A stretch of 64,000 nt of DNA from Thermodesulfobacteriota bacterium (GTDB taxonomy: Bacteria > Desulfobacterota > Desulfobulbia > Desulfobulbales > SURF-16), in NCBI GenBank assembly GCA_040755455.1, contig JBFMAY010000004.1, positions 32,001 through 96,000 of the forward strand, in the 5' to 3' direction. How positions within the stretch are numbered: position 1 is the first letter of the stretch; the number at the start of each line of letters is the position of its first letter. Both the position numbers and the translations under genes were made by a program. The notes beneath the pieces were generated by a model. That model saw only the letters and a program-made list of their open reading frames with translations, ran no database searches and had not been told where the DNA came from. Below, piece by piece: positions 19,545-29,588 of the stretch.

Positions 19545-20630
19545 ATGACCAATACGACTAAAATCTTAATCATTGACGACAACATTGATACCGTCGAGCT
19601 CCTACGGAAAAGATTCCGAATTGAAGGATATGAAACGGATGAGGCCTATGACGGAGAAGAGGGATTGAAAAAGGTCTACGATTATGTACCGGATCTGATC
19701 GTCCTTGATGTCATGATGCCCAAAATAGACGGTTATGAGGTGTGCAAGAGAATCAAGCAGGATGAATCACTCAAGCAGATCCCCATTCTGATGCTCAGCG
19801 CCAAAAGCCAGGTGCCTGACAAGGTGAGAGGCCTGGATATCGGGGCGGATGATTATCTCACCAAACCATTCGATTTCAAGGAGGTTATGGCCCGGGTCAG
19901 AACCCTGCTGTCCCAGAAGATCGAAAGCAAGAAGCTGGCGGAAAAGGAAAAATTTGACGCGCTTGATCATTTTGTCGATGAAGTTTCCCACGAGGTGAGA
20001 AATCCACTGGTTGCCATCGGCGGTTTCGGCCGACGGCTCAGAGATAATCTGCCGGAAGGCAGCCAGAATCGCAAATATATCGACATCATTCTCAAAAATG
20101 TTGAGGTGCTGGAAAGGATGGTGCACGAGCTTATTGCCCTGAAAGGCGCTACGCTCTGCTACACCGAACCATCCGATCTCAATGAGATAACGATGAATGC
20201 CTTGAGCGTTTACAAGCATGAGATTGAAAAAAAGAATATCACCCTGATCATGCATTTCATGGAAAATCCCCCCATGATCCATGCGGACCAGGAAAATATC
20301 ACCATGGCCATCTCCAATCTGATAGAAAATTCGATTGAAGCCATGGTGGGTGAGAAACGGGAGCTCAAAATCTCCACCAGTGTCACTGAGGGTTGTTTTG
20401 AAATCCAGGTTGCTGATACCGGCAAAGGTATTGCCAAAGATAAGCTGAAAAATATCTATGATCCCTTTTTTACTACCAAAACCTATGGCCCCGGCTTTGG
20501 GCTCACCTTTGCACTGAAAACGATCCAAAGCCACAAGGGGATGATTACCGTTGAAAGTAAGGTAAACGAAGGGACCACCTTCACCGTCAGGCTTCCCATT
20601 AAAGCCATCTCCGGGCAGAAAACGTCCTGA
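19545..20630 (+). CDS. Cytoplasmic REC-histidine kinase
   Basis: N-terminal REC (LDVMMP, YLTKP), SHEVRNP H-box, DTGKG, PFFTTK. Confidence 0.9.
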   Translation: MTNTTKILIIDDNIDTVELLRKRFRIEGYETDEAYDGEEGLKKVYDYVPDLIVLDVMMPKIDGYEVCKRIKQDESLKQIPILMLSAKSQVPDKVRGLDIGADDYLTKPFDFKEVMARVRTLLSQKIESKKLAEKEKFDALDHFVDEVSHEVRNPLVAIGGFGRRLRDNLPEGSQNRKYIDIILKNVEVLERMVHELIALKGATLCYTEPSDLNEITMNALSVYKHEIEKKNITLIMHFMENPPMIHADQENITMAISNLIENSIEAMVGEKRELKISTSVTEGCFEIQVADTGKGIAKDKLKNIYDPFFTTKTYGPGFGLTFALKTIQSHKGMITVESKVNEGTTFTVRLPIKAISGQKTS

Positions 20631-20754
20631 GCTTCAGCTCTAATCCCGCCTGCCGCCTCCTCTCTCTTGACAAAGGTCTTTATGGATATGATGTTTGCCT
20701 GAAATAGGAATGGGACTCAACCGATGATGCGGTTTTAAGTCCGGCAAGATACAG

Positions 20755-21729
20755 ATGAAGAAAAAAAACCTCTCATTAACCAATTTCGCCTGGCTTTCCA
20801 TCGGTGCGGCACTTTTCACCATGGCCTTGAAAACCCTGGCGTACCTGCTGACCGGCTCAGTGGGACTGCTGTCTGACGCTCTTGAATCTTTGGTCAACCT
20901 GGCCGGGGCATTGATGGCCCTGGCCATGTTACGGGTTGCCGCCCTGCCGGCTGACGAAAATCATGCCTACGGCCACACCAAAGCGGAATATTTTGCCAGC
21001 GGCGTTGAAGGAACATTGATTCTTATTGCCGCGGTCAGCATTGCCGTTGCTGCGACGCAACGATTCATTTCCCCAAAACCTCTGGAGCAGATAGGACTGG
21101 GCTTAGGTGTTTCCATGGCCGCAGCATTGGTCAACCTCTTTGTGGCTTTGATTCTGCTGAGGGCCGGAAAACTTTATCACTCCATTACCCTTGAAGCCAA
21201 TGCCCATCATCTGTTGACCGATGTCTGGACATCAGCCGGCGTTTTAGTTGGGGTGGGAGCCGTCGCATTAACCGGTTGGCAAAGGCTGGATCCGCTTGTC
21301 GCTTTCATCGTCGCCGGCAACATCGTCTGGACCGGTATTCAGATCGTGCGCAAATCGATTCATGGTCTGATGGATACGGCAATACCGCCGCAAGACATGC
21401 AAATTATCCGCAGTATACTCAAAAAGTACACCCAGTCGGAGATAGACTATCATGCCTTGCGCACCCGCCAGTCGGGTGCGCGGAAGTTTGTTTCTTTCCA
21501 TGTCCTTACCCCTGGGACGTGGACGGTGAATCAGGGTCACCGCCTTGTCGAGGATATTGAGGCGGATATTCGCCGCGCCCTGCCCAACGTCACGGTGTTT
21601 ACCCACCTGGAACCCTTCTCTGATCCGGCATCGTGGGCGGATCTGCATCTGGATCGCATGGATAATGACATCGATTCAGGCACGTTGACGGATAACCATC
21701 GACCATCACCTGACTCCGATAGGCCTTAA
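20755..21729 (+). CDS. Cation diffusion facilitator (FieF-like) transporter
   Basis: TGSVGLLSDALES, HAYGHTKAEY, HLLTD, C-terminal THLEP. Confidence 0.92.
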   Translation: MKKKNLSLTNFAWLSIGAALFTMALKTLAYLLTGSVGLLSDALESLVNLAGALMALAMLRVAALPADENHAYGHTKAEYFASGVEGTLILIAAVSIAVAATQRFISPKPLEQIGLGLGVSMAAALVNLFVALILLRAGKLYHSITLEANAHHLLTDVWTSAGVLVGVGAVALTGWQRLDPLVAFIVAGNIVWTGIQIVRKSIHGLMDTAIPPQDMQIIRSILKKYTQSEIDYHALRTRQSGARKFVSFHVLTPGTWTVNQGHRLVEDIEADIRRALPNVTVFTHLEPFSDPASWADLHLDRMDNDIDSGTLTDNHRPSPDSDRP

Positions 21730-21941
21730 AGACATCTCACTGCCGACAAAATTGAGCCCTTTATGGTGATGGACCGTCATCAGCATGCTTTCTCCGGCAA
21801 AGGCGGGTAAAATCGACGATTTTGCCGCCGGTCCGTGAAAAAAAGAATCAACTATTTTTCTCAAATGGCATATAACAAACATTTATAGTAAAATAATAAT
21901 CTAGACATGCAACCAATCATTAACTCGCTACGGAGGAACTT

Positions 21942-22454
21942 ATGGCCCATATTACTCTGCACGGAAACCCGCTGGATACGATTGGCGAACTACCTGGAAC
22001 CGGCACGAAAGCGCCGTCCTTCTCACTGGCCAAGACAGACCTGTCGAATTGCTCACTGCAGGATTTTATTGGAAAAAAAATTGTATTGAACATCTTTCCC
22101 AGCATTGACACTCCGGTCTGCGCAGCATCTGTGCGACGATTCAACAAGGAGGCGGGTGAAGCGGAAAACACCGTGGTCCTCTGTATCTCCGCAGATCTTC
22201 CCTTTGCCCACAACCGGTTTTGCGAAACCGAGGGACTAAAAAACGTTATCCCTGTTTCGGTCTTCCGCTCAGCAGATTTCGGCAAGGATTACGGGGTGAC
22301 GATAATCAGTGGTCCGCTTACCGGGCTTCTCTCCCGGGCCGTGGTCATCATTGACAACTCCGGCAAGGTCGCTTACGCTGAACAGGTTCCCGAGATTGCC
22401 CAGGAACCTGATTATGCCAAGGCCATGGGTGTGCTTGCAGAATTGCCTGCTTGA
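21942..22454 (+). CDS. tpx: Thiol peroxidase (atypical 2-Cys peroxiredoxin)
   Basis: FPSIDTPVC, ISADLPFA..RFC, EPDY; GGAGG RBS. Confidence 0.95.
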   Translation: MAHITLHGNPLDTIGELPGTGTKAPSFSLAKTDLSNCSLQDFIGKKIVLNIFPSIDTPVCAASVRRFNKEAGEAENTVVLCISADLPFAHNRFCETEGLKNVIPVSVFRSADFGKDYGVTIISGPLTGLLSRAVVIIDNSGKVAYAEQVPEIAQEPDYAKAMGVLAELPA

Positions 22455-22622
22455 TAATCGGCAGCCCAGATGGAAACCATCCCCTGCCACAATGACTGAA
22501 AACAGCTCTTGCGGCAGGGGATGGCACCATGGTATTTAACTATACGGTAATTCTCCTTTGTGCAGCAATTCCCGCTATAACCCTTCCCTGCGCAATGACA
22601 AAAGGGCTTCAGGACAAAAAAC

Positions 22623-23123
22623 ATGACCGAAGCACATGAAAAGATTCTCCTGCAGACTTATGCATTACTCTCCAGAGCGGCAGCGCGGAAAAAAATATAC
22701 TCGTTAAAAGCCCTCAAGGAAGAAAAACCCCAGACTGCCCACCTGCTCAGGGCACTTTCCGAGTCTGAGGGGGCTCAGGCCCGCCGTATATTAAGCATGG
22801 TGAGAGGGAAAATTGATCCTGCCGCCAGCTATATTGCGACGATATTTGAAAAAGAAATTGAAGAAATATTAGAAAGATATGCAAAAGAGATCAACAACGC
22901 CAAGGAAGCGGGGTTGACAACCGTTGCCAATGCACTTTCCCAGCTTTATGCGGCTGAAAGCCAACTCAACATCTTTTATTTGAGCAACTCACAGGATGTC
23001 AGTGTTGCGGAGGGTGACAAATACTTTGTCTGCCAATTCTGCGGATACGTTGGCAAGTCGCACCCTCCGGACAATTGTCCGGTTTGTGGCGCGGTAAAGG
23101 AAACTTTTAAGGAAATTCAATAA
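22623..23123 (+). CDS. Rubrerythrin-family protein with degenerate di-iron site
   Basis: Helical ferritin-like N-terminus and C-terminal CQFCGY...CPVCG rubredoxin-like site. Confidence 0.8.
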   Translation: MTEAHEKILLQTYALLSRAAARKKIYSLKALKEEKPQTAHLLRALSESEGAQARRILSMVRGKIDPAASYIATIFEKEIEEILERYAKEINNAKEAGLTTVANALSQLYAAESQLNIFYLSNSQDVSVAEGDKYFVCQFCGYVGKSHPPDNCPVCGAVKETFKEIQ

Positions 23124-23236
23124 GATCTCATCCGGTCATACAACCTAACATATACCCCCCCAACCTTTTTCAACTCTCGTCCCTTATGCGGAGAAGCTTG
23201 CACGCAGGATACCCCTGCCCCAAGCTTTACCGCATG

Positions 23237-23704
23237 TTATTTTTTGGGAGGGAAAAATTTTCTGAATTCTTCTGAATTACCCGGATCATCCAGTTCGCTG
23301 ATCTCGACAAGCTGTTTGCTCACCTCCTGGATTTTTGTCTCCAGTTTTTCCAGTGAGGATACCGAGATTGTTCCTTCCTCTTCGGCCTCAAGCCTGATCA
23401 GCATGACACAATTGAGGAAATTATTCACAATATGCTGCACCGTGTGCATTGTTGTCTGGAGCGTCCTCAGTCTTGCCTCCCGCAATTCTACTTCCACTCT
23501 TCTTTTCTCAATCTTTTCCGTCCAGTTGGAAAGGGCCAGGGAAACACAGGTGGCGAGCAAAGAGGAGAAGACAATGGTCATGATATGCGACTCCCAGATG
23601 GTGTATTGACCTTTCAGGAGATAAAACTTGATGACCTGATACAGGGTCATCACGATTGCCATGAGAATAAATGGAAGAAATATTCTTTTAACGTATTTCA
23701 TCAA
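23237..23704 (-). CDS. Small 2-TM membrane protein with a HisKA-like helical stub
   Basis: Two hydrophobic helices, coiled coil, then TVQHIVNNFLN; GAGG RBS upstream. Confidence 0.7.
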   Translation of the reverse strand: MMKYVKRIFLPFILMAIVMTLYQVIKFYLLKGQYTIWESHIMTIVFSSLLATCVSLALSNWTEKIEKRRVEVELREARLRTLQTTMHTVQHIVNNFLNCVMLIRLEAEEEGTISVSSLEKLETKIQEVSKQLVEISELDDPGNSEEFRKFFPPKK

Positions 23705-23772
23705 TCGCGCCTCACACTGGCCCCTGAACTCTTTTCATACACGATAAGCATCTTCCTCTCATCCGCCGGAAT

Positions 23773-23976
23773 TCAATCAGTGCGGGAAACTCTTGCACCG
23801 CTGAACATTACCTGATTTTCTGGTTTAAAAGCTAATGATTTTCCAGGATAAGGATAAAGTTTTCTCCACCGGGGCAACCCGCAAATCGGCGGCAGTTTTT
23901 TTTCTCCCTGCCGGACTGTCTCGTATTGATTGCCCCTTGAGGGTGCAAAAAACTCGCGGCAGCCGCTACAGCGCAT
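23773..23976 (-). CDS. Putative 67-aa small protein with N-terminal CxxC
   Basis: AAAAGGAGGT RBS a few nt before ATG 23976; translation MRCSGCREFFAPSRGNQYETVRQGEKKLPPICG... Confidence 0.5.
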   Translation of the reverse strand: MRCSGCREFFAPSRGNQYETVRQGEKKLPPICGLPRWRKLYPYPGKSLAFKPENQVMFSGARVSRTD

Positions 23977-24424
23977 GACGACCTCCTTTTTTATCGTCAC
24001 GGAAATCCCCTGCGGGGACTCTTGGGAAGCCATCAAGTTTGCGTACAACATAAATACCTTCCGAGACAGGGGCGGCAAGCTGGATCTCACCCGTGGGTAC
24101 CGCATATTATAAAAAATTGAAATGTATTATCTCATCTCCTTGATCGCCGCTTATCTGATCTGATAAGGTTATATGAGATGGACTGTGATGACGCATGGCA
24201 AGAAAATGGGTAATCCGAGTTAGCCGAGGCAACACCCGCCAATGAAGATCAACCTACAGGAATCGGTATTGTCTTGCAACAACGTTTCTCGGTCATCTCT
24301 TCACCGCACCGCTTGCCCCATCCACGGCAAATCGTCAATTTATTCACGTCGTTCATCATGGTGAAATCATTCGGCAACTATTCGATACCACCGGATTTTC
24401 CGGTTCACCCACTACCATCCCTAT

Positions 24425-27391
24425 GTGATTCCTATGCCCTCCTTAGTAATAAATCATTACAAATTGTTCTTGAAAATTATCCTGCCGATCATCTTGGTGA
24501 TCATCATGGGAGCAGCCGCTTCCTACCTGATACAGAGCAACGCGGCAAAATCAGAACGTTTTTTCATCGCATTTTTTACTGACACCCTTGAGCACAACAA
24601 GCATCTGCATGAACTGGAAAACCAATTTGTCAGCCGGCATCTTCTGCTGATGGAGCACTTGTCGTCCAAAAATCCCCAGAAAATGACCGAGCTGGCAGAA
24701 AAAATCCATCAGCTTCAAGTCGGGATCGACTTCTTTTTTGAAAATCACGAGCGGCAATATGGTCAGTCACATAACAGGGCACTAAATGAACTCCAGGAAC
24801 TAAACGGGCGATATAACATCAACAGCAGCCACGTTATGCAAGCCAGCATGCATCTGGATAAGGATAAAGCCTCCGACATTCTTAACTATGAGACGAAACC
24901 CGTCCTGTCGCAGATTGATAACATCATCAGCAAGGAAATGAACATCGACAAACAAACGATGGATAATTTTTTCCATAATGCCGTGCAGACCCATGAGCGC
25001 AATCATGCCCTGGCCTGGGCACTGGTGCTCACCTCAGCTGTTCTCTCGACCATGGTTGCTTTTCTGCTGGCCAGATATATCACCAGTCAGGCGGATGCGA
25101 TCATCTGTTATGTCGAAGCGCTGGGCCAGGGCAATTTTACCGCCAAATTGAAGTCAAGGCCGCAGAGTGAATTCAGCAGACTGGCAAAGAGTCTGACCGC
25201 CATGGGTGAAAGTCTCGCCTCTTCCTTCCAAAAACAGCAAACAATAGCCCGCCAACTGGAACACCAGACCGCCGAGCTGGAGGAATCAGAACGAATGCTT
25301 CAGGCCAGGCATCAGCAACTCGAGCAGATTAATCAACAACTGCACAATGAAATAACAATCAGTCAGCACCTCACCGAAGAATTACAAAAAAGCAAGGAAC
25401 ATTACCGGGAGTTCATCGAAGGGACGGAAGATCTCGTTGCCCAGATAGATGTTGAAGGCAAATTCACCTTCGTCAATCACATGGCCCGCAAGATTTTCGG
25501 CATCAGCCCTGAGGAATGTATCGGCCTGAACTCCTTTGATTTCATTCATCCCGATGACCGGCAACGCACCATTGACGACCTGGGAATATGGATCGCAACA
25601 CGGTCTACCCACGTTTCCTATGAAAACCGGCAGGTCAGCAGGAACGGCGAGGTCAGAAATTTTCTCTGGTCCATCAGACTTCACTACGATAACGCGGGCA
25701 GGATTGCCAATATCAATGGCATTGCCAATGATATTACCGAGATCAAACTGACAGAGGAGGCCCTTGAACTGGCCAGGAAATCAGCGGAAGACGCAAGTCA
25801 TGCCAAAAGTCTTTTCCTTGCCAACATGAGCCATGAGATCCGCACGCCGATGAATGTTATTCTGGGCATGAATCGCCTGGCCCTCGCCACCGATCTCACC
25901 CAGGAACAGAAGAATTACCTGACGGCAGTCCAGGAATGCGCCGAATCTCTTCTTAAAATTATTAATGACATCCTGGACTTTTCCAAAATTGAGGCCGGCC
26001 AGCTCGATCTGCATGAATTCCCTTTTGATTTACGGAAAGTTGTAACCTCGGTCATTAATACCCTGGCCCCGAAGGCCACGGAAAAAGGCTTGTCGTTATC
26101 CCTTGATCTGCCGGCAGATATTCCCACCGCCCTGATGGGTGATAACACCCGGTTGCGCCAGATTCTGGTTAACCTCATCAATAATGCCCTGAAATTTGCC
26201 GATAAAGGCGATGTGAATGCCCGGGTGATAATGGTGCAGCAGGATGAGGATGCGATCCATCTTCAGTTTGCCATAACCGACCACGGTCCGGGGATTCCCG
26301 AGGCCTATCTGGAAAAAATTTTTCACAGTTTCTCCCAGATCGACAACAGCATGAACCGAACCCATGGCGGTGCCGGACTGGGGTTGGCGATCTGCAAAAA
26401 ACTGACTGAAATGCTGGGCGGCAAAATCTGGGTGGAAAGTCAGATGGGTTCAGGCTCCACCTTTTATTTCACCGTGCAATTCAAAAAAGACAAGGCCGAT
26501 ACGCTAAAGGGCCTGGCTGAGCCGGATAGCAGTAACGATCTGGCACTGCCCACTGTCCCATTGCATATCCTGCTGGTGGAAGATAATGAGTTCAATATGC
26601 GGCTGGCCAAAACCATTCTTGACAGGTCGGGACACCACGTTACTGCAGCCCCAACAGGTTATGCGGCCCTTGCAATGCTTGCCCAGGCAAATTTTGATGT
26701 CATTTTTATGGATGTGCAGATGCCGGTCATGGATGGCGTTACCGCAACGAAATATATCCGCCAGTGTGAACACGGCATTATTCCGACCGACCATGAAGAC
26801 CAGAAGTTGATGCGGAAACTGGTTGCAAAAAATAACGGGTCGCATATCCCGATTATTGCCATAACAGCCCATGCCATGTCCGGAGATCGGGACAAATGCA
26901 TCAATGCCGGCATGGATGATTATATCACCAAACCTTTTATTCCCGAGGAAATCATTGCTGTCTTAACCCGCCTTCACCTTAAATCCGATCAAGGCCGGCA
27001 CGCATCGGCAATGTTAACTGCCGAGACAAAAAAAACTACCCCCCCGGTTACCAAGGCTGATGCAGCGGATGCAAAGGGATTGCGGGATCAGATCAGGAAA
27101 CACCTGCAGCTTGTCTACGGTTTCGCCGATGACCGGCTTGATGCAATGGTGGAGGTGGGGATAAAAACCATTGACGATCACCTGGGCAGCTTTGATAAAC
27201 ATATCGAGGCGGGAGCCTGGCACGATTTGGCTTTTTCCGCCCATGCCCTGAAGGGAGTTCTTTTAAATCAGGGGCTGAGCGGCCAGGCCGAGTTGGCCCG
27301 TCAAATCGAGCTGGCGGCCAAGGCCGGCGAAAAGGCACCATTTGCTGAATGGGCCGACACCTTAAGAAAAGATTTACAGATAACCACTTAA
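24425..27391 (+). CDS. Unorthodox hybrid histidine kinase (helical periplasmic sensor, HAMP, PAS, HisKA, HATPase, REC, HPt)
   Basis: Two TM helices, FIHPDD PAS, FLANMSHEIRTP, GGAGLGL, FMDVQMP, SAHALKG. Start at 24425 or 24434. Confidence 0.93.
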   Translation: MIPMPSLVINHYKLFLKIILPIILVIIMGAAASYLIQSNAAKSERFFIAFFTDTLEHNKHLHELENQFVSRHLLLMEHLSSKNPQKMTELAEKIHQLQVGIDFFFENHERQYGQSHNRALNELQELNGRYNINSSHVMQASMHLDKDKASDILNYETKPVLSQIDNIISKEMNIDKQTMDNFFHNAVQTHERNHALAWALVLTSAVLSTMVAFLLARYITSQADAIICYVEALGQGNFTAKLKSRPQSEFSRLAKSLTAMGESLASSFQKQQTIARQLEHQTAELEESERMLQARHQQLEQINQQLHNEITISQHLTEELQKSKEHYREFIEGTEDLVAQIDVEGKFTFVNHMARKIFGISPEECIGLNSFDFIHPDDRQRTIDDLGIWIATRSTHVSYENRQVSRNGEVRNFLWSIRLHYDNAGRIANINGIANDITEIKLTEEALELARKSAEDASHAKSLFLANMSHEIRTPMNVILGMNRLALATDLTQEQKNYLTAVQECAESLLKIINDILDFSKIEAGQLDLHEFPFDLRKVVTSVINTLAPKATEKGLSLSLDLPADIPTALMGDNTRLRQILVNLINNALKFADKGDVNARVIMVQQDEDAIHLQFAITDHGPGIPEAYLEKIFHSFSQIDNSMNRTHGGAGLGLAICKKLTEMLGGKIWVESQMGSGSTFYFTVQFKKDKADTLKGLAEPDSSNDLALPTVPLHILLVEDNEFNMRLAKTILDRSGHHVTAAPTGYAALAMLAQANFDVIFMDVQMPVMDGVTATKYIRQCEHGIIPTDHEDQKLMRKLVAKNNGSHIPIIAITAHAMSGDRDKCINAGMDDYITKPFIPEEIIAVLTRLHLKSDQGRHASAMLTAETKKTTPPVTKADAADAKGLRDQIRKHLQLVYGFADDRLDAMVEVGIKTIDDHLGSFDKHIEAGAWHDLAFSAHALKGVLLNQGLSGQAELARQIELAAKAGEKAPFAEWADTLRKDLQITT

Positions 27392-27533
27392 AGATCCGCC
27401 AACGCCGAGACAACATCTCCCGGTTCAGCAAAAATATTTTTATTTCACTGGACATACTCAATCCATTTTCATAGGATAATACATGGATAAAAAATGAATA
27501 ATATATGCGCCATCAAAATGACAGGATTCCCAA

Positions 27534-27547
27534 TTGATGATAATCAA
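27534..27547. promoter_or_regulatory. Candidate FNR/CRP-family operator, TTGAT-N4-ATCAA
   Basis: TTGATGATAATCAA is an exact match to the FNR consensus, in the AT-rich region upstream of the che cluster. Confidence 0.45.
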
Positions 27548-27931
27548 GTTAAAAATAACAAAATTATTAATCACATCTATCTGAAAAAATTAGTCAAAGC
27601 CAGCTGTTGAATATAATGCAAGTTAGGGTTTAGCATCATAGCACTGTTGCTACATAAAAATGCTAGATCCCTGCGGCCCGTACCACTATTAAAAAAAATT
27701 CATATATCGTGAGACAGGGCATGAAGGCTCCCGGATTCCCTGAATTGTCCATTCATCTTTTCCGTAAGATCAATGCATAATGCCGGACGGAAGAAAAACG
27801 CCATGCAGTCGGAAGTCAGATCAAGACAAGGGCGTTACCGCCAAGGGCAGTGTTGACTGCCTTCCGTTCTGCCTGGAAATTTTCGACAGAGGAAGGTCTA
27901 TGAATGGCAAAAAAAACTTTCAGACGACTGG

Positions 27932-29572
27932 ATGACGACAATGACCATGACGAACTGTCAACATGCCCTGGACGAATTTCTTGACGATGTTCGCCATCAG
28001 GATCTGGTTAAAGCAAAAATCGTTATGGGCTGCTTTAACAGGCTCGCCTCCATGGAACAAAGGCGTATCCTCTATGAACTGAACAAATGCGCTGATGACT
28101 TCGCCCTTCCACTGCTGGTCCTGCTTGTCGTTCATGATCAAAAAAACGCTGACGACTACCCTGCCCTGCTGGAAGCCATTCTGGCCAGGGCCATCAACCG
28201 TCCTGATATCATCATCAAAGAGCTGCGCCGATCATCACCTGAACAATACTACCATATCAGACTTTGCGGCCAGCTACGCCTGGAACAGGCGGTTGAACCG
28301 CTAGCCGCCGTCCTGACGACGGCAACTAATACCAGTATCCTACAAGAAACAATCAATGCCTTGGGTTTGATCGGTAATCACCAAGCTGCTAAAGCGGTGA
28401 CAGAATATCTCTATTCAGACCATAAGGACCTCATTTCCGCGGCAATCGAAGCACTTGGCCGCATAGCAACCCCGACTGCCATGTTTTATCTGGCTGAACG
28501 CCTGGGCAAGGATGAAGAGACCGACATGCTTATCCTGGACATCTTCGCCGCAGTTCAGGATGACATATCGCTTCACAAACTCAATGACACCCTCAGAGCC
28601 AGATCCGCCCATCTCAGAAATTACAGCAAGCAGAAGCTGGTTTCCATCGGCGCCAAGTCCCTAGCTGTCGTGACCGCCAACCTTGCCATTCCGGATGATG
28701 ATTTGCAGATTCACTCGCTCAACATCCTGCAGGACATCGGCGATGAAACATCTGTCATTTCTTTACGCCAGCTGCTTAACAGCTGTCCCAGAAATGCCAA
28801 CGTGCGTTTTGCCGCATATGAGGCCCTGGCACGGCTGCCGGGTCTCAAAGGTGATTACGTTCTTGCCGCAGGGCTCACCGATCCTGATGCCAATGTCCGG
28901 ATGGCTGCGACCAGGGCCATTGACGGCAATTTCGATGCGGTTCTGGCCGCCGGCATAAAAAACATGGTGAAAAAACAGGATGGAGAATCCGTGCGGATCA
29001 TCAAGGCCGTAGTCGACAGTCAATCGGAACATATTTTTCTTTCCCTGCTGGATGTTGATTTCTTCCGGGCCATTATCCTGGACTATCTTGCCGTCAAGGT
29101 CCACCCGGAGACCAGGGAGTTCTATCTGCATCTCCTGAGAAAAGAAAACCACAATGAACTGGCAGGCAAAATTGTCAGCAGGTCGGTGCAGGAGGTTGAT
29201 ATCGGCCAGATGGCAAAGATCTGCGCCGTGGATGACTCCAGGATGATCTTAAATGTGTATCGCAGCGTACTGACCGAACTCGGCTATGATCCTGTCCTGT
29301 TCTCCAATCCCGAGACTGCCCTTAACTGGCTGAAGGAGGAAAAGCCCCTGCTTGTCTGCACGGATTTGAACATGCCGCAATTAACCGGCATCGAACTTAT
29401 CCGTCAGCTTCGTCAGTGGTACGGCAAGGATGAGCTTCCCATACTCATGGTAACAACCCAGAATGATCAGCGCGATAGCAATGAAGCCTATGCTGCCGGG
29501 GCCAACGCTATCATGAACAAACCTTTTGACGCGGACAAAATGCGCCTCATGATCAATGACGTCATCAGTTAA
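27932..29572 (+). CDS. HEAT-repeat protein with C-terminal receiver domain
   Basis: Repeats such as AAIEALGRI, VRFAAYEALA, VRMAATRAI; REC with AVDDS, TDLNMP, MNKP. Confidence 0.88.
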   Translation: MTTMTMTNCQHALDEFLDDVRHQDLVKAKIVMGCFNRLASMEQRRILYELNKCADDFALPLLVLLVVHDQKNADDYPALLEAILARAINRPDIIIKELRRSSPEQYYHIRLCGQLRLEQAVEPLAAVLTTATNTSILQETINALGLIGNHQAAKAVTEYLYSDHKDLISAAIEALGRIATPTAMFYLAERLGKDEETDMLILDIFAAVQDDISLHKLNDTLRARSAHLRNYSKQKLVSIGAKSLAVVTANLAIPDDDLQIHSLNILQDIGDETSVISLRQLLNSCPRNANVRFAAYEALARLPGLKGDYVLAAGLTDPDANVRMAATRAIDGNFDAVLAAGIKNMVKKQDGESVRIIKAVVDSQSEHIFLSLLDVDFFRAIILDYLAVKVHPETREFYLHLLRKENHNELAGKIVSRSVQEVDIGQMAKICAVDDSRMILNVYRSVLTELGYDPVLFSNPETALNWLKEEKPLLVCTDLNMPQLTGIELIRQLRQWYGKDELPILMVTTQNDQRDSNEAYAAGANAIMNKPFDADKMRLMINDVIS

Positions 29573-29588
29573 CAGGTCAATAGCCATT

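Noticed and set aside
20667..20692. TTGACA...TATGAT promoter upstream of the CDF gene
   Set aside because: The spacer is only 14 nt, too short for sigma70.
27700..27930. Possible c-di-GMP or other riboswitch upstream of the che cluster
   Set aside because: I could not find the GEMM consensus elements or a convincing fold by eye; an Rfam/Infernal scan would be decisive.
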